Shown: in pieces, positions 46,412-56,953 of the stretch | Position numbering within the stretch: position 1 is the stretch's first letter | How the letters are laid out: every line of letters begins with the position of its first letter | From: Dudresnaya verticillata | Taxonomy: Eukaryota | Length of the DNA stretch: 64,000 nucleotides | Assembly: GCA_977862235.1 (NCBI GenBank) | Contig: OZ374563.1 | Coordinates: 186,001-250,000, forward strand | Reading direction: 5' to 3' | The notes under the pieces: model-generated | The model's database searches: none | Told to the model about the DNA's origin: nothing | The model's input: the letters and a program-made list of their open reading frames with translations, nothing else | Position numbers and translations under genes: made by a program

Positions 46412-48646
46412 TCAGTGTACATCACGGATCTCATTCACTTCTACGAGAGCCTTCTCAAGCAGAGACTCTATTGCCTTCATGTCACGACGCCGTTGCGTCG
46501 TTTCATCAGCTTCCACCATGAGCTTTTCAATTGCGTTTGGCTTGTACAGTTTGGACACAAGCACGGATTGGAGCGAATCCTTAGAACGCTGCACCAAAAA
46601 TGTGATAATAGCTTTCGGAACCATGTCTTGCATGCGCTTTCGTACAATGTTGAAGTAGCTTTCAAGCAGAACGCGCAAGATATCCAGCTCTTGTTTCTCA
46701 TCGTCGTTGAGCGTCTCCGTTTTTGTAATACGAAGATGCGTTGGCATTGTGGATAACGTGGAATTCGTAGAGCTGATGGCAGCTGCTATACCATTGCTCA
46801 TGGAACGCCCGATGCCACTGGAGCCTCGTGATGGAGTACGCCGTCGGTTTCCGACACTCCCTTGTTCCTCCTTCCTTCCATAATCGTTCACATTGTTGGC
46901 AACCGCGTTACGACCCTGTTGATGAGAACCCAGCTGATGTCCAAGGAGATTCTTTTCTACCCATGCATCAGGATGATCCGCTCTCGACTGCACATGGCGT
47001 TCCCTGATTCCCTTGGGACCGAGGTGATTGGGTTCAGAATGATTTGAATCCGCCATACTCGGAACCAGCGCGCGCTCTATTATAGACGATAATGCCTGTC
47101 TTCCACCGACAAAATCGGGATGCCAAGTATTAATGTAGCTCATCTCCATTTCGACAAGGTTGTGAATCATTTCTATTGTAGGGGCCTTCCTTTCGCGAAG
47201 CAATTTCAATGTAGACTCTGAGACGGCGATTCGAAGCTTATGAAAACGCGCGAGCTCTGTGCTTTCAACGGCCTCTGCTAGTCGCGTGAGCTCGTCGTAG
47301 ACAAGGTCGACACAGGCCAATGATGGTTCAAGGAAACGAGATATTTGCTTTCTGACAAGAAGTTCGAATGCAGACTCCGGGATGAAAAGCGGGGTCCTAT
47401 GCCCTGTTGCATTACGCATCGCCGTCCGAATCTCATCCGTTCCCAAAGAATCGAATGGGTCCATATTGGAGAGATCCACGCCAAACTTGTCGTGAAAGAT
47501 GAAGCTGATCCGAGCACCACCAGCAAGCTCTGTTGTAGCTATCGGAGCCTGCGGTCTACCATCAATGGCGTCTGCGTAGGATGAAGCATACTTAGTGAGA
47601 AGGTGCAACAAGGTCCCACTTGAATCGTCCACACTTGCCAGTTCCGGGCCAAGCGCAGCGACCTGAGCGCGTACGTCGTTGAGCTGTGTAGTCAGCTTAG
47701 TGCGAACAGAGGGGAGCACAGTGCGAATATGCTCCATAAGCAGGGTGCTGAGCATTTCTGCGAGATACTGCGAACCCATCTTTGCCGCGTGCGGGGCATA
47801 AACTGGGTGGCTCTGAAAGAAGACACGTTCGGCTATACGGGCATCTGCCACAGTGGCACAGGTATCCAAATCCGCCTGAGAGCGATTAACAACGCCGACA
47901 TAGCCGCGTCGGAGCGGAATGATACGGCCCTGGAGCATATCCAGGGCATTGGTGCCTGCGTCCATGAGGTCAAGCTTGGTGATGACTCCGAGGGTGCGGA
48001 CGCCGTGAGGGTCGACACGGCGGGCCATCTGTAACGCATCAGAAGTAGCCAGATCCGTATTCGCGGGATGAACTGCGAGAATTATTGTGTTTGGCTTCTC
48101 GATGTAGGAATGGATCATGGCTCGGACAAGTTTTTCAATGTCCGGTGGCTGGTCGCCAACGGGGACTTTGGTGAGCCCTGGGAGATCAATTAGAGTGAGG
48201 TCCACGACGTCCTTCGAGAAGACCTTCATGATGAGTGCAGTTGGACTGAGACTCTTGTTCTTGCCAGCAACGCGCTCCGTCTCTGCGACGATCTCAGCCT
48301 GGATCTCCTCCTCTTTATAAAATTTGCGATCCGGGTTGTGCAGAAACTCGACCCATCGCTCTGGAGGGGGGCTCGGGAGGGACTGGTCGAGGGGTCTCGC
48401 GGGGGGTTTGAGCTTGTTGAGCTGGATGAGGATCGGGCTGCGCGTGACGACGCCCAAGCCACGTGGGAGGAAGTCGAAGCCGACAATTGCCTCAAGGACG
48501 GAGCTCTTACCGGAGGACTGGGCGCCCACGACGACAATTTGTGGAAGGTCGATCGGGTCGGCGAGGCCGCAGCGCTGGAAGATGTTGTGGAGTTTGTTGA
48601 CGACCGGGAGCAAGCGGTCCATGGCGGCGGCCTTTTGCGACGGCAT
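46412..48646 (-). CDS. Dynamin-related GTPase (Drp1/Vps1 class)
   Basis: LPQIVVVGAQSSGKSS, DLPG, TKLD, ELAGGARI and GED motif SYFNIVRKRMQDMVPKAI. Confidence 0.95.
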   Translation of the reverse strand: MPSQKAAAMDRLLPVVNKLHNIFQRCGLADPIDLPQIVVVGAQSSGKSSVLEAIVGFDFLPRGLGVVTRSPILIQLNKLKPPARPLDQSLPSPPPERWVEFLHNPDRKFYKEEEIQAEIVAETERVAGKNKSLSPTALIMKVFSKDVVDLTLIDLPGLTKVPVGDQPPDIEKLVRAMIHSYIEKPNTIILAVHPANTDLATSDALQMARRVDPHGVRTLGVITKLDLMDAGTNALDMLQGRIIPLRRGYVGVVNRSQADLDTCATVADARIAERVFFQSHPVYAPHAAKMGSQYLAEMLSTLLMEHIRTVLPSVRTKLTTQLNDVRAQVAALGPELASVDDSSGTLLHLLTKYASSYADAIDGRPQAPIATTELAGGARISFIFHDKFGVDLSNMDPFDSLGTDEIRTAMRNATGHRTPLFIPESAFELLVRKQISRFLEPSLACVDLVYDELTRLAEAVESTELARFHKLRIAVSESTLKLLRERKAPTIEMIHNLVEMEMSYINTWHPDFVGGRQALSSIIERALVPSMADSNHSEPNHLGPKGIRERHVQSRADHPDAWVEKNLLGHQLGSHQQGRNAVANNVNDYGRKEEQGSVGNRRRTPSRGSSGIGRSMSNGIAAAISSTNSTLSTMPTHLRITKTETLNDDEKQELDILRVLLESYFNIVRKRMQDMVPKAIITFLVQRSKDSLQSVLVSKLYKPNAIEKLMVEADETTQRRRDMKAIESLLEKALVEVNEIRDVH

Positions 48647-49143
48647 TGCGGGACGGCGAGTATCAAGACAAGACAGGTGGGCTTAGCTGAGCGTGGCGGG
48701 GACGTGAGACATGGCTCTGGGGCGGTGCTGCGCGGGCTGGGCGACTCGGCAGCGACGAGGCGTCGGAGGTTGCTCAGCACGTAGAGCGGGTGACGGGAAG
48801 CGGGGAAGGTGAAGCGCAAGACGGGCGGCTGGTTGGTTGGTCGGACCGGCTTGCGGCATTCCATCATGCTTGCACGTTGAGCCGCCTTGGAAGGTAGGCA
48901 TCACACACGTGGCTCGTTTTAACTGGAGGGATTGTAGATATCGATGGACCAATTACAGCTGGAACGCTTGTGTAAGCTGCTCAGTGTTTCCCGGCGGCGG
49001 TGACGGCGGTGGCGTAGGCTATGGCGTAGACGCTTTCCCGCGCGCGATGCCCCACCTCTTTCGCAGGCAAGGCAACAGGCGCCCGACTTTGCAGAGCTTC
49101 ACCATCACGGAGTCGCAACACTCCAACGCAGCACTCCAACACC

Positions 49144-50166
49144 ATGGTCTCTCAAACTGACGTGGTCCGCTATGCAGCGAAGAACCCCTCCATTACAAAG
49201 CTGCTCGCGAATGGAAAGCTTCAGTTTACGCAGACGGGGCAAGAGTTTCCCCCAAACACTCCGAAAGCAGTACTGGAAGCCTACATCTCCGGCCGCGCCT
49301 ACCGTCGTGCATTGACTGCCCGAGCGAATGAGGGCTACGATTTTGCCCAGCACAAGCCCCACATCGTCCCGCACAGGCACCGTGACGAGAACCACTTTCT
49401 GTACTGCACGCTTACCGGCGCCACGCTGCCGAAGCGCAAGGACGTCGTGGAGGGGCATGTCAAGGGTAAGCGCTTTTTGCACCAAATCAAGGAGCTTGAG
49501 CAGGCAAAGGAAAGGCGCGAGCGGAAGGAGAAGAAGCGAAAGGAAAAGCGTGAACGTGCGAAGAAGAGGCGTGAGCAGAAGGCCAACGGCGTCGCTGCGG
49601 AGGACAATGCTGAGGAGAATGAGGAACCGGATGTGTTGGAGGGGCTGATATCTGATAGCGAAGGGGAAGAGGAAGAGGAAGGTCCCGATGATCAGGCAGA
49701 GAAAGGGGATGAGGATATGGAGGATGCCAACGCTGACCAGGAAAAGGAAGACGAGGTTGAAAAGCTGGACGCAATGGACGACGGGGAGGAGGAGGGGGAA
49801 GCGGGCAGTGTGTTTTGGACGCGGGGCCGCTCTCGTGGTGTGTATGTGGAGGATGATGATGATGTTGACGATGACGACGAATGGGCGACTGCACCCAGGA
49901 AAGCGAGCGCACCAGCAGCAGGAGTTGCCAAGAAGGCAAGTCATCGTAAGGAGAAAAAGAGCGAGCGGAAGCCGAAGAAGAAGGCGGCCAAGTCACCGTC
50001 GCCAGTGGTCGAAATGGATGAGGGTAAGGATGCTAAACCGGTTGAGTCTGGGAACGACAATGGTGGTAGCGCGACAAAACGAAGCAGGTCGGACAAGAAG
50101 GTCGGGAAGAAGGCAAGGCGCCCTCGACAGAGGCGGAAAACGGCGCCTCAGGCCGTGGAAACCTGA
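49144..50166 (+). CDS. SURF2: Surfeit locus protein 2-like
   Basis: YDFAQHKPHIVPH..LYCTLTG..HVKGKRF zinc-finger-like region followed by an acidic/basic tail. Confidence 0.75.
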   Translation: MVSQTDVVRYAAKNPSITKLLANGKLQFTQTGQEFPPNTPKAVLEAYISGRAYRRALTARANEGYDFAQHKPHIVPHRHRDENHFLYCTLTGATLPKRKDVVEGHVKGKRFLHQIKELEQAKERRERKEKKRKEKRERAKKRREQKANGVAAEDNAEENEEPDVLEGLISDSEGEEEEEGPDDQAEKGDEDMEDANADQEKEDEVEKLDAMDDGEEEGEAGSVFWTRGRSRGVYVEDDDDVDDDDEWATAPRKASAPAAGVAKKASHRKEKKSERKPKKKAAKSPSPVVEMDEGKDAKPVESGNDNGGSATKRSRSDKKVGKKARRPRQRRKTAPQAVET

Positions 50167-50295
50167 GCACGTAGGGTCTTGAGGTGCAAATGAAGGATGA
50201 TAAGCATTTTGAACAGATATCTGTGCAGTTGTTTTATAGATATGATGGGGGAAGAAGATCGCAACCCCTTGGATTCATGTCGTTTTCCATTTCAT

Positions 50296-51975
50296 TTACG
50301 TAGGCTTCTCTTTTTCTTTTCGTTGGTCTGGGTCATCTTGACTGGACAGGGCTTCTTCGCAGCCAAGATCTACATCCTGTGCAAACTCCTCTTTTCTCCT
50401 GTCCGGAAGGCGTTCAAACTGGGACGCGTCCATTGCGTCACGACTGTTATCACCCCTTTCAGTCGCGGGTGGGTGAAGCCCGTGGATAAATACGTTTTCG
50501 GGCAGAGTATCGCGATCTCGAATATCCTCGAATTCCTCCAAAAACCGATCCGCCTCATCACCGTCCTCGGCCTCGTAGCGATTAGGCATCTTTCCAGAGA
50601 GACAGCGCTCCGCCTCAGTGCAGTTCGACTCGTCCAGATCCAAGGTCAACCGCACAGCATCTTCCTCTGCGACGTCTTCCTCCTTTGATCCTGTCGCGAG
50701 GACAGCCTCCTCCTCCACCGACAGCGATGCGCGGACTTGGTCGCCCTCAGCCAGGAGGTCACGCTTCTGCTTGGCTGCAACCGGACGATCCGGCTCCGCA
50801 ATGGTATGCTTCTGTAGGTCCATCACCTTGACAGCGGGCAGTGCCGCAAGGCTAACCGCGGGCGAGGGCGGCGGTGGCGGCGGCGGGGACGGGAACAGGG
50901 CTGTGCCGCGTTCCCTTGCGCCCATCTGCGTGTACAGTGCAGGACGCGGCTTCCTCGGGCGGCGCGCAGCGTCGGACGATGCAGTACCAGCGGCGGCGTG
51001 TGCAGGAGGTGCGGCAAGCATGGCGACAACGTCGGTCTCGGAATACAGGGTGAAAGGGGCGTCGAAGGTGAGACAGGCGACGGTGGCGCGCTGATTGATC
51101 TTCAAGTCCGGGACTGCCCCGGCTCCGGTGCTGCGCGCAAGTACAAACGGAAACGGAAGGCTATGGCGTTGCAACTGGGCAGCGCGCTCCGCTTCGGCGG
51201 CATCGGCGCTTTCATCGGCGTTCTCCCGCTGGTCGGGGCGCGGCAACGGTGGCAAGTTGGTGCGGCGTCTACGGCGGGCTATGAAGAGTGCCTGATAGGC
51301 GGCGAGAGTCTCGCGAAGACGGGCAGCAAGGGTCTCTTTGGTAGCGATGCGGTGCCTAGCATCGGCGACGAGAGCGCGCGGGTGGGAAACGGGGGTGTGC
51401 GGCTGGTGCGGAAGGCGGCCGTGGTGCGGAGGAGTTGGAGGGACGGGGGAGGCGCGGGCAAGGTCGGAGACGCCAAGCCAGCGGAGGGACTTGCCGTGGC
51501 GCGAGATGCAGCGGGCGGCCTCCATAACCTTGAGGGCGTCGTAGACGCGGCGGCGGGTGTTGCGCTGGACGGCGGCGACGGAGCGGGCAGGGTCGGCTGC
51601 GCAGAGGTGGTGGGCGGCAGCGGCGGCAACCTCATCGGCCAGGGCGGACGAGGGCCGCTCGCGCGCGCGCGACAAGGCAGTGACGAGGGCAATGGCGGTC
51701 CAGCGCAGGTTCTTTGTGGGCGGGGCGGCGGTTGGGGAGCGGGTGCGCGGGCGCTTGGACAGCGGCGGCGGCGGGCGGGCGACGGGCGGGCGACGCTTCT
51801 TGGAGGCGGGCTGAGGGGAGGTGGCCGGTGGCTTGGCGGCGGCGGCGGCGGCGGCGGCGGCGGTCCGGGCTGAGGGGTGCGGGGTTGCGGAGGACGGGGT
51901 TTGCGGCGGCGACGGCGTGCGGGACGGGGGAGGGGCGGTGACGCGGCGCGTGTGGGTTGGGACCGGGCGCGACAT
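50296..51975 (-). CDS. E2F/DP family, divergent DP-like transcription factor
   Basis: KNLR..ADEV..NTRRRVYDALKVMEAARCISR..LRWLG winged helix, followed by an LPFPFVL dimerisation-like region. Confidence 0.8.
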   Translation of the reverse strand: MSRPVPTHTRRVTAPPPSRTPSPPQTPSSATPHPSARTAAAAAAAAAKPPATSPQPASKKRRPPVARPPPPLSKRPRTRSPTAAPPTKNLRWTAIALVTALSRARERPSSALADEVAAAAAHHLCAADPARSVAAVQRNTRRRVYDALKVMEAARCISRHGKSLRWLGVSDLARASPVPPTPPHHGRLPHQPHTPVSHPRALVADARHRIATKETLAARLRETLAAYQALFIARRRRRTNLPPLPRPDQRENADESADAAEAERAAQLQRHSLPFPFVLARSTGAGAVPDLKINQRATVACLTFDAPFTLYSETDVVAMLAAPPAHAAAGTASSDAARRPRKPRPALYTQMGARERGTALFPSPPPPPPPSPAVSLAALPAVKVMDLQKHTIAEPDRPVAAKQKRDLLAEGDQVRASLSVEEEAVLATGSKEEDVAEEDAVRLTLDLDESNCTEAERCLSGKMPNRYEAEDGDEADRFLEEFEDIRDRDTLPENVFIHGLHPPATERGDNSRDAMDASQFERLPDRRKEEFAQDVDLGCEEALSSQDDPDQRKEKEKPT

Positions 51976-52557
51976 TGTTGGGGGGGGGGGGTGGGTCGGG
52001 GCGGGGGTTGAGCGCGTGATGAGAGCGGGGGGCGGAGCGGAGCGGCGCAACAAGAAGGGATGTGAGAAATGGCGCGGTACCGTTGCGGCGGTTAGGAAGC
52101 GCGGGTGTTGCGGTGCGGCGGTTTGGCGGGTGTTTTGGCGTTGCGCTTTGGCGCGCTTAGCGCAACACGCGGCGCGGCGCGAGCGCGTGCGGCCGGGAAG
52201 GCGATGCGTGCTGCCGAGCTCGTGCGCGCGGATCAGCGCCGGTCTCACGGATCACAGCCGCGATCGCGATCCCGACCGCGATCGCGATCCACCCGCTGTT
52301 TTGGCGCGCTGTAAGACCGGCGCCACTGTAAGCCCCCGAAGCGCAACCGCCAAAAAGACACCAACACCGACGGCCACCGACACCGTCCCGCCCGCTCCCC
52401 TCTCCGTCCCCGTCCCCCTCCCGCCCGCCGCTCACCGGGAAGCGATACCACGCGCCGCCACCGTGTGCCCATCGCCGCCCACCGCCGCCTGTCCCGCCGC
52501 CGCTCCACATCCGCTCCCGCGCTCCCGCGCTACCCCGCTCCGCCCCACCCGCGTGCC

Positions 52558-55158
52558 ATGCACCACGCTGTCCCGCCGCCCGCACTCCCGCCCGACCCGG
52601 ACGACCTGTACGCCCCGCCGGACCCGGTCGGCGCCGTCGCCCGCTCCGTGTGGCAGTCGCTGCGTCTCATCTCCACCAATACAGATTTTGCCTGGTGCAC
52701 CGTGTGCCGTCGCTGGCTGCGCTACTGTCCAGCCTTCCACGTCGCTCACATCAAAGACCTCTACCGCCACTGCCGAGATCACCACGTCCGCGCCCCGGAC
52801 GGCTCCCTCCACCCGCGCCCTTCCTCCTCCTCCGCCCAGCAGCAGCAACCACAGCAGTCACACCCACCACAACCGCAACCATCCCCCCCACCACTGCCGC
52901 CACCGCCACAACAACAGCAACCACAACAACAACAACAGCAGCAACAACGCCGACTCTCTCTCCAGCAGGCCCAGATCATACAGCAGGCTCAGCTCGAACA
53001 CGACAAGAATATTCGCCTTCACGCCGCCCTCGCAACAGAGCATCGCCGTCTGCGGGAGAAACAGAGAAGGATCCAGGCCGCGGCTTTGCAGCTGCAAAAG
53101 CAGGAAGCACTACAGCGCCAGAACCTGCAGCGCCAGCTCGCCGCCGCCAACCCGCAACTACCCTTGCAACACCCACATCCCCAACCCCAACAACTACCTC
53201 AACCTCAACAACAACTCCCGCCAAACGTCTCCCCCGACCTCGCTCATCGCTTCACAGAGCTCCGCGCCGCCGAGTACCGCGACCCAGCCCGCGCAGCACT
53301 GCCCACCGCCCCCGCCGCTTCAGCGTCGGCCCCCTCGCCGGCTGTCGTCCCCGCCACACCGGTCGTATCTCGCCCCGTACCCGTCTCCTCGCCGATTGCA
53401 AAGCCAAACCGTACCTCAGCCCAACACCTCGCTGCCTTGGAGAAAGTCCTCGCCAAGCCCGCTAACACCCCTCCCGCCCTATCCCCGGCCGCAGTCGCCG
53501 TATCGGCCCAGATGGCCTCCCAACTCCCACCCGTCGCCCCATCACCTGCAACCGCTTCCGCCGCCACCGCTACTACCCCCGCGTATGAAACCGACGGTGA
53601 CGCCCGCATGACCCCCGACGTACCCGCCGTGAGCCCCCCTGCCGCTAGCACCCCAGCTGCAGCCGCCGTCGCAACGGCCGCGATCCCACCGTTGCCGTCG
53701 AGTGCATCCGCTCCTACTGCGAGGCCGCAGCCGTCGAGTGCGGCCACGCCTACTGCGCGCACGTCGTCATCGGCCGCGCCTCGCGCGGGACCACAATCCC
53801 GCTCTGCGCCCGGCGCTTCGCGTCCGGCCGTGCAGGCCGTCACACGCTGTGAGTGTCCACCGCAGGTCCGCAAGGTCGCCGAGCGCTCCCAAAACCTCAT
53901 GTTCAAGGGTATGCACATGTTCTTCAGCCAGGCCACCTTCAAGGTGCCTTCAACTGAGGATGAGGCCATGCAGGTCATGCGCACCGGCACCTACGACGTC
54001 GACAATGATGATAACCCGGACAATGATCTCTATTTTATCAGCTGGAGTCATACCCAGTTCTTCGCCGCCCAGATGGCTGCGCTTGGCTATCGGTTTCTAG
54101 CCTCAAATTTGCGCCGCAAGGCTGCTCAGGACAAGCCCCCACCGGTGGAGAAGTGGCTTGTGTTACAGAAGTACCACTACGTTGCCCGGCCAAGAATGCG
54201 GAATGCACTTGCCGCCGCCGCTCCGGCACAGACGCAGAGACGTGCATCTTCGGCACCCGGAATGCCTCCGTTGTCATCTGTTACCCCAAACGGAGCGGGT
54301 GCAACCACGGGTAATGGCGCTGTGACAACAAGCACACCAACCGAAAGCGCACTAGCGGCAGTCGCCCCGACTACACGCACTTGGACTGCAGGCACCCCGG
54401 CCACAAGCACCCCGACCACAAGTATCCCGTCCACGGCGACTGTTGGAAGGCCGCTGCAACGGCAAGCCAGTGTACATACAGCTGCGGCGTTAACAACTCC
54501 CGTTCAGCAACCGCCGCTTCGCAAAGAGTTGATACTCAAACAACTCATGGCGGCCAAGCAGCGAAAATCCAGTCAGGAGAACTCATCTTCGACAGTCAAG
54601 CAAACTCCCACAGTCCCGCAGCCGTTTTCGGCATCGACAAGACCTGTCCCGCGCCCGACTGTGAAGCCCAACCAGGCATCGCTAATGCACGCGACACCGG
54701 CGACCACAGCTGCCAGCGCAGCTCAACTTGCTAGTCTGTCATCGAAATCTCAAACTGTCAACGCTGCTGCTGGGGTATCTGGCCCTCAGACAGCTCCTCC
54801 TAAGGCCCCTGTGGTAATCGAAACAGTGGACAAGAAACCGTTTTCACCGGTGCCCGTCACTCCTACGTCTGACCCGGCATCATCGGCAACGCCAGTGGCT
54901 TCCCCTCGTCAGAGGCCTTCGGTATCGGAAGGTACTCCAATTCTTGCCGGTCAAGACAATGCTGCAGCGCAAGCGACAAGGACTGTGTCATCAGCTACTA
55001 CCCATGTGGCAAACGGAACGGCTGGAGATCAACGGGCCGGTAACGGCAGCCTTGACATTGCAGCATCAGCGCAGCCAGCCAGCAGTCCAGCATTTTCGAG
55101 TTCTGGGCGGAAGGCGACCCCAAAGGCGAAAGAGATTCCCATCATTGACTTGACCTAA
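52558..55158 (+). CDS. Low-complexity Q/P/A/T-rich protein with an N-terminal BED-like C2H2 zinc finger
   Basis: AWCTVCRRWL..LYRHCRDHH, poly-Q, coiled coil and a C-terminal SIM-like IIDLT. Confidence 0.65.
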   Translation: MHHAVPPPALPPDPDDLYAPPDPVGAVARSVWQSLRLISTNTDFAWCTVCRRWLRYCPAFHVAHIKDLYRHCRDHHVRAPDGSLHPRPSSSSAQQQQPQQSHPPQPQPSPPPLPPPPQQQQPQQQQQQQQRRLSLQQAQIIQQAQLEHDKNIRLHAALATEHRRLREKQRRIQAAALQLQKQEALQRQNLQRQLAAANPQLPLQHPHPQPQQLPQPQQQLPPNVSPDLAHRFTELRAAEYRDPARAALPTAPAASASAPSPAVVPATPVVSRPVPVSSPIAKPNRTSAQHLAALEKVLAKPANTPPALSPAAVAVSAQMASQLPPVAPSPATASAATATTPAYETDGDARMTPDVPAVSPPAASTPAAAAVATAAIPPLPSSASAPTARPQPSSAATPTARTSSSAAPRAGPQSRSAPGASRPAVQAVTRCECPPQVRKVAERSQNLMFKGMHMFFSQATFKVPSTEDEAMQVMRTGTYDVDNDDNPDNDLYFISWSHTQFFAAQMAALGYRFLASNLRRKAAQDKPPPVEKWLVLQKYHYVARPRMRNALAAAAPAQTQRRASSAPGMPPLSSVTPNGAGATTGNGAVTTSTPTESALAAVAPTTRTWTAGTPATSTPTTSIPSTATVGRPLQRQASVHTAAALTTPVQQPPLRKELILKQLMAAKQRKSSQENSSSTVKQTPTVPQPFSASTRPVPRPTVKPNQASLMHATPATTAASAAQLASLSSKSQTVNAAAGVSGPQTAPPKAPVVIETVDKKPFSPVPVTPTSDPASSATPVASPRQRPSVSEGTPILAGQDNAAAQATRTVSSATTHVANGTAGDQRAGNGSLDIAASAQPASSPAFSSSGRKATPKAKEIPIIDLT

Positions 55159-55311
55159 CTTGCCTTGGGACGCCGGAGATTTTGTGTACAGTAAGAGAGA
55201 GTCTTGTTTGTACATATAAAAGATTTCAGCTATTGTGCAGGTGTGCAAGTGCAATGGCGATGTTCAGCATTCGTTCGATGTGTTGTTTGTGTCATGGCAT
55301 TGTACTCCCTT

Positions 55312-56631
55312 CTAAATTCCTGGCGGACTGCTCAAACTGTGTAGCAAGACCTGAATCTCAGCGCCGAAAAAGCGTGCCCCGGTAAGCGCTACTGCTACGG
55401 AAAGGAGCGCGAGAGCAGGAGGTGATACCAAGAGGGTCTCTATGGAGACTATTTCGCCCTGATCCTTGGCTTCTGTTAGCCGCTTTCGCTGCTGTGCATA
55501 TGTGTCAGCTGAGAAATCAGCGGTGATATCCGTGGGTGTGGGACGTGTTGTCGACGATGAAATTTGACGATAATCAAGATCACCGTTCTCCGAGCACCAT
55601 ACTTGCCACTCGCCCGGGAAAGCTCTGAACAAAATGCCCCTTACTGGGTACAACTTGGGACACAGAACAATAAACAATGCAAGTTGTGGTTATGCAATAT
55701 CAGGTTAGTCAAGAAGTATTCGCTTCCGCGGCGGGAAGAAAATCGATGCAAAGCGTACCGTTCCAGCTTTGAAGAGCAATCGCAGATAGAATATGTCTTG
55801 CACGGCCTCCATAAAGCTTATCCGATCCGAACGACCTGCAACCTGCATGACACCACTGTGACTCGGAACATCTGTCAACTTTGGATTGATGAGTATAACA
55901 GGTCGCCCCTGGGCTCTTCCAACCATGTCAACCAAGCTGTCAATAACGGGGATAGAAACGGCATTCGTCGGGGACACAACGATGACAATCTGATCATCCG
56001 CATCCAAGTCATCCTCATTCTCCAAAAACCCAGAACGAATAGCGCCCTCGGGCCACAGTTCACTCGAAGCATTCAGGTCAGCATCCAACATACGGCGCAA
56101 GCCCGCGACCGAGAGCGGAATGGCTCCAAAGGCGCGCGTGCCCTGGACCAGGACCCTGGTGCGAAGGTTGCACGACGCCGCAGTGATGTCTATGACAGCC
56201 CATACAAGCTGCAGAAGGAAGCGGCGGTCGTACACGTCCAGCGAAGAGTTGAGCTGCGGCACGAGGAGGGTGACTTGCGAGACGGGGGCGGAAACGCCTG
56301 GGGTGTACTCGGAGAGGTACTCTGCCGTGGCTGCAGCGGCGGCGTGCAGGTACTCTGCGCGATGCGACTGGGGCATCGGGGAGGAGATGACGCGCGGGGT
56401 AAAGCATGGGGTGTTGGGAATGCGCGGAGATACTGCCGCCACTGGGGCTGGTGTGTCGGGTGGGTTTGACTGCTGAGGTGGAGGGGGTTGAGGTGCAGCG
56501 CACAAGGCAGTCCGGTACGGGCGGGCTGGGGAAGCGGCGGGCAGTGGCTTGAAGGGTGGTGTGAGGGGCGCTGCTTGGGGATGGCGAGGGCATCGTGGAA
56601 GAGGCAGAGCGAGTGCGAAGGCGGACGGCAT
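55312..56631 (-). CDS. LPA3-like DUF1995 plastid protein; exons 56631-55759 and 55653-55312
   Basis: LNSSLDVYDRR and RPVILINPKLTDVPSHSGVMQ, spliced to LYPVRGILFRAFPGEWQVW. Intron GTACGC..GACTAAC..AAG; MPSAF transit peptide. Confidence 0.75.
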
Positions 56632-56953
56632 CGTGACGGGGGGGTACCAAGCAGCGCGATGAGGGCGCACCGCGGGACAACGGAGGGCAGGGAGGCGGGG
56701 GAGTATCACGTAGTACCTCCGAGGGAAGACGACAGGGCTCATACGCATTGCATGCAGCCAATGGGCGCAGCTCAATTTTGGCGCCAAGCGCGAGGAGAAA
56801 CCGAAACGCAGCGCATGTACCCCCCGGCGAACGGCCGTCCGCTCCCGGAATCTGCGCAACGACGTATACGTCCAGCCGCAAACATCGCACCTTTCCCTTC
56901 GCCACGCCCTCCACCCCGTCCTGCTTTCCCTCCACCCGCGAGCCGTGCGCACC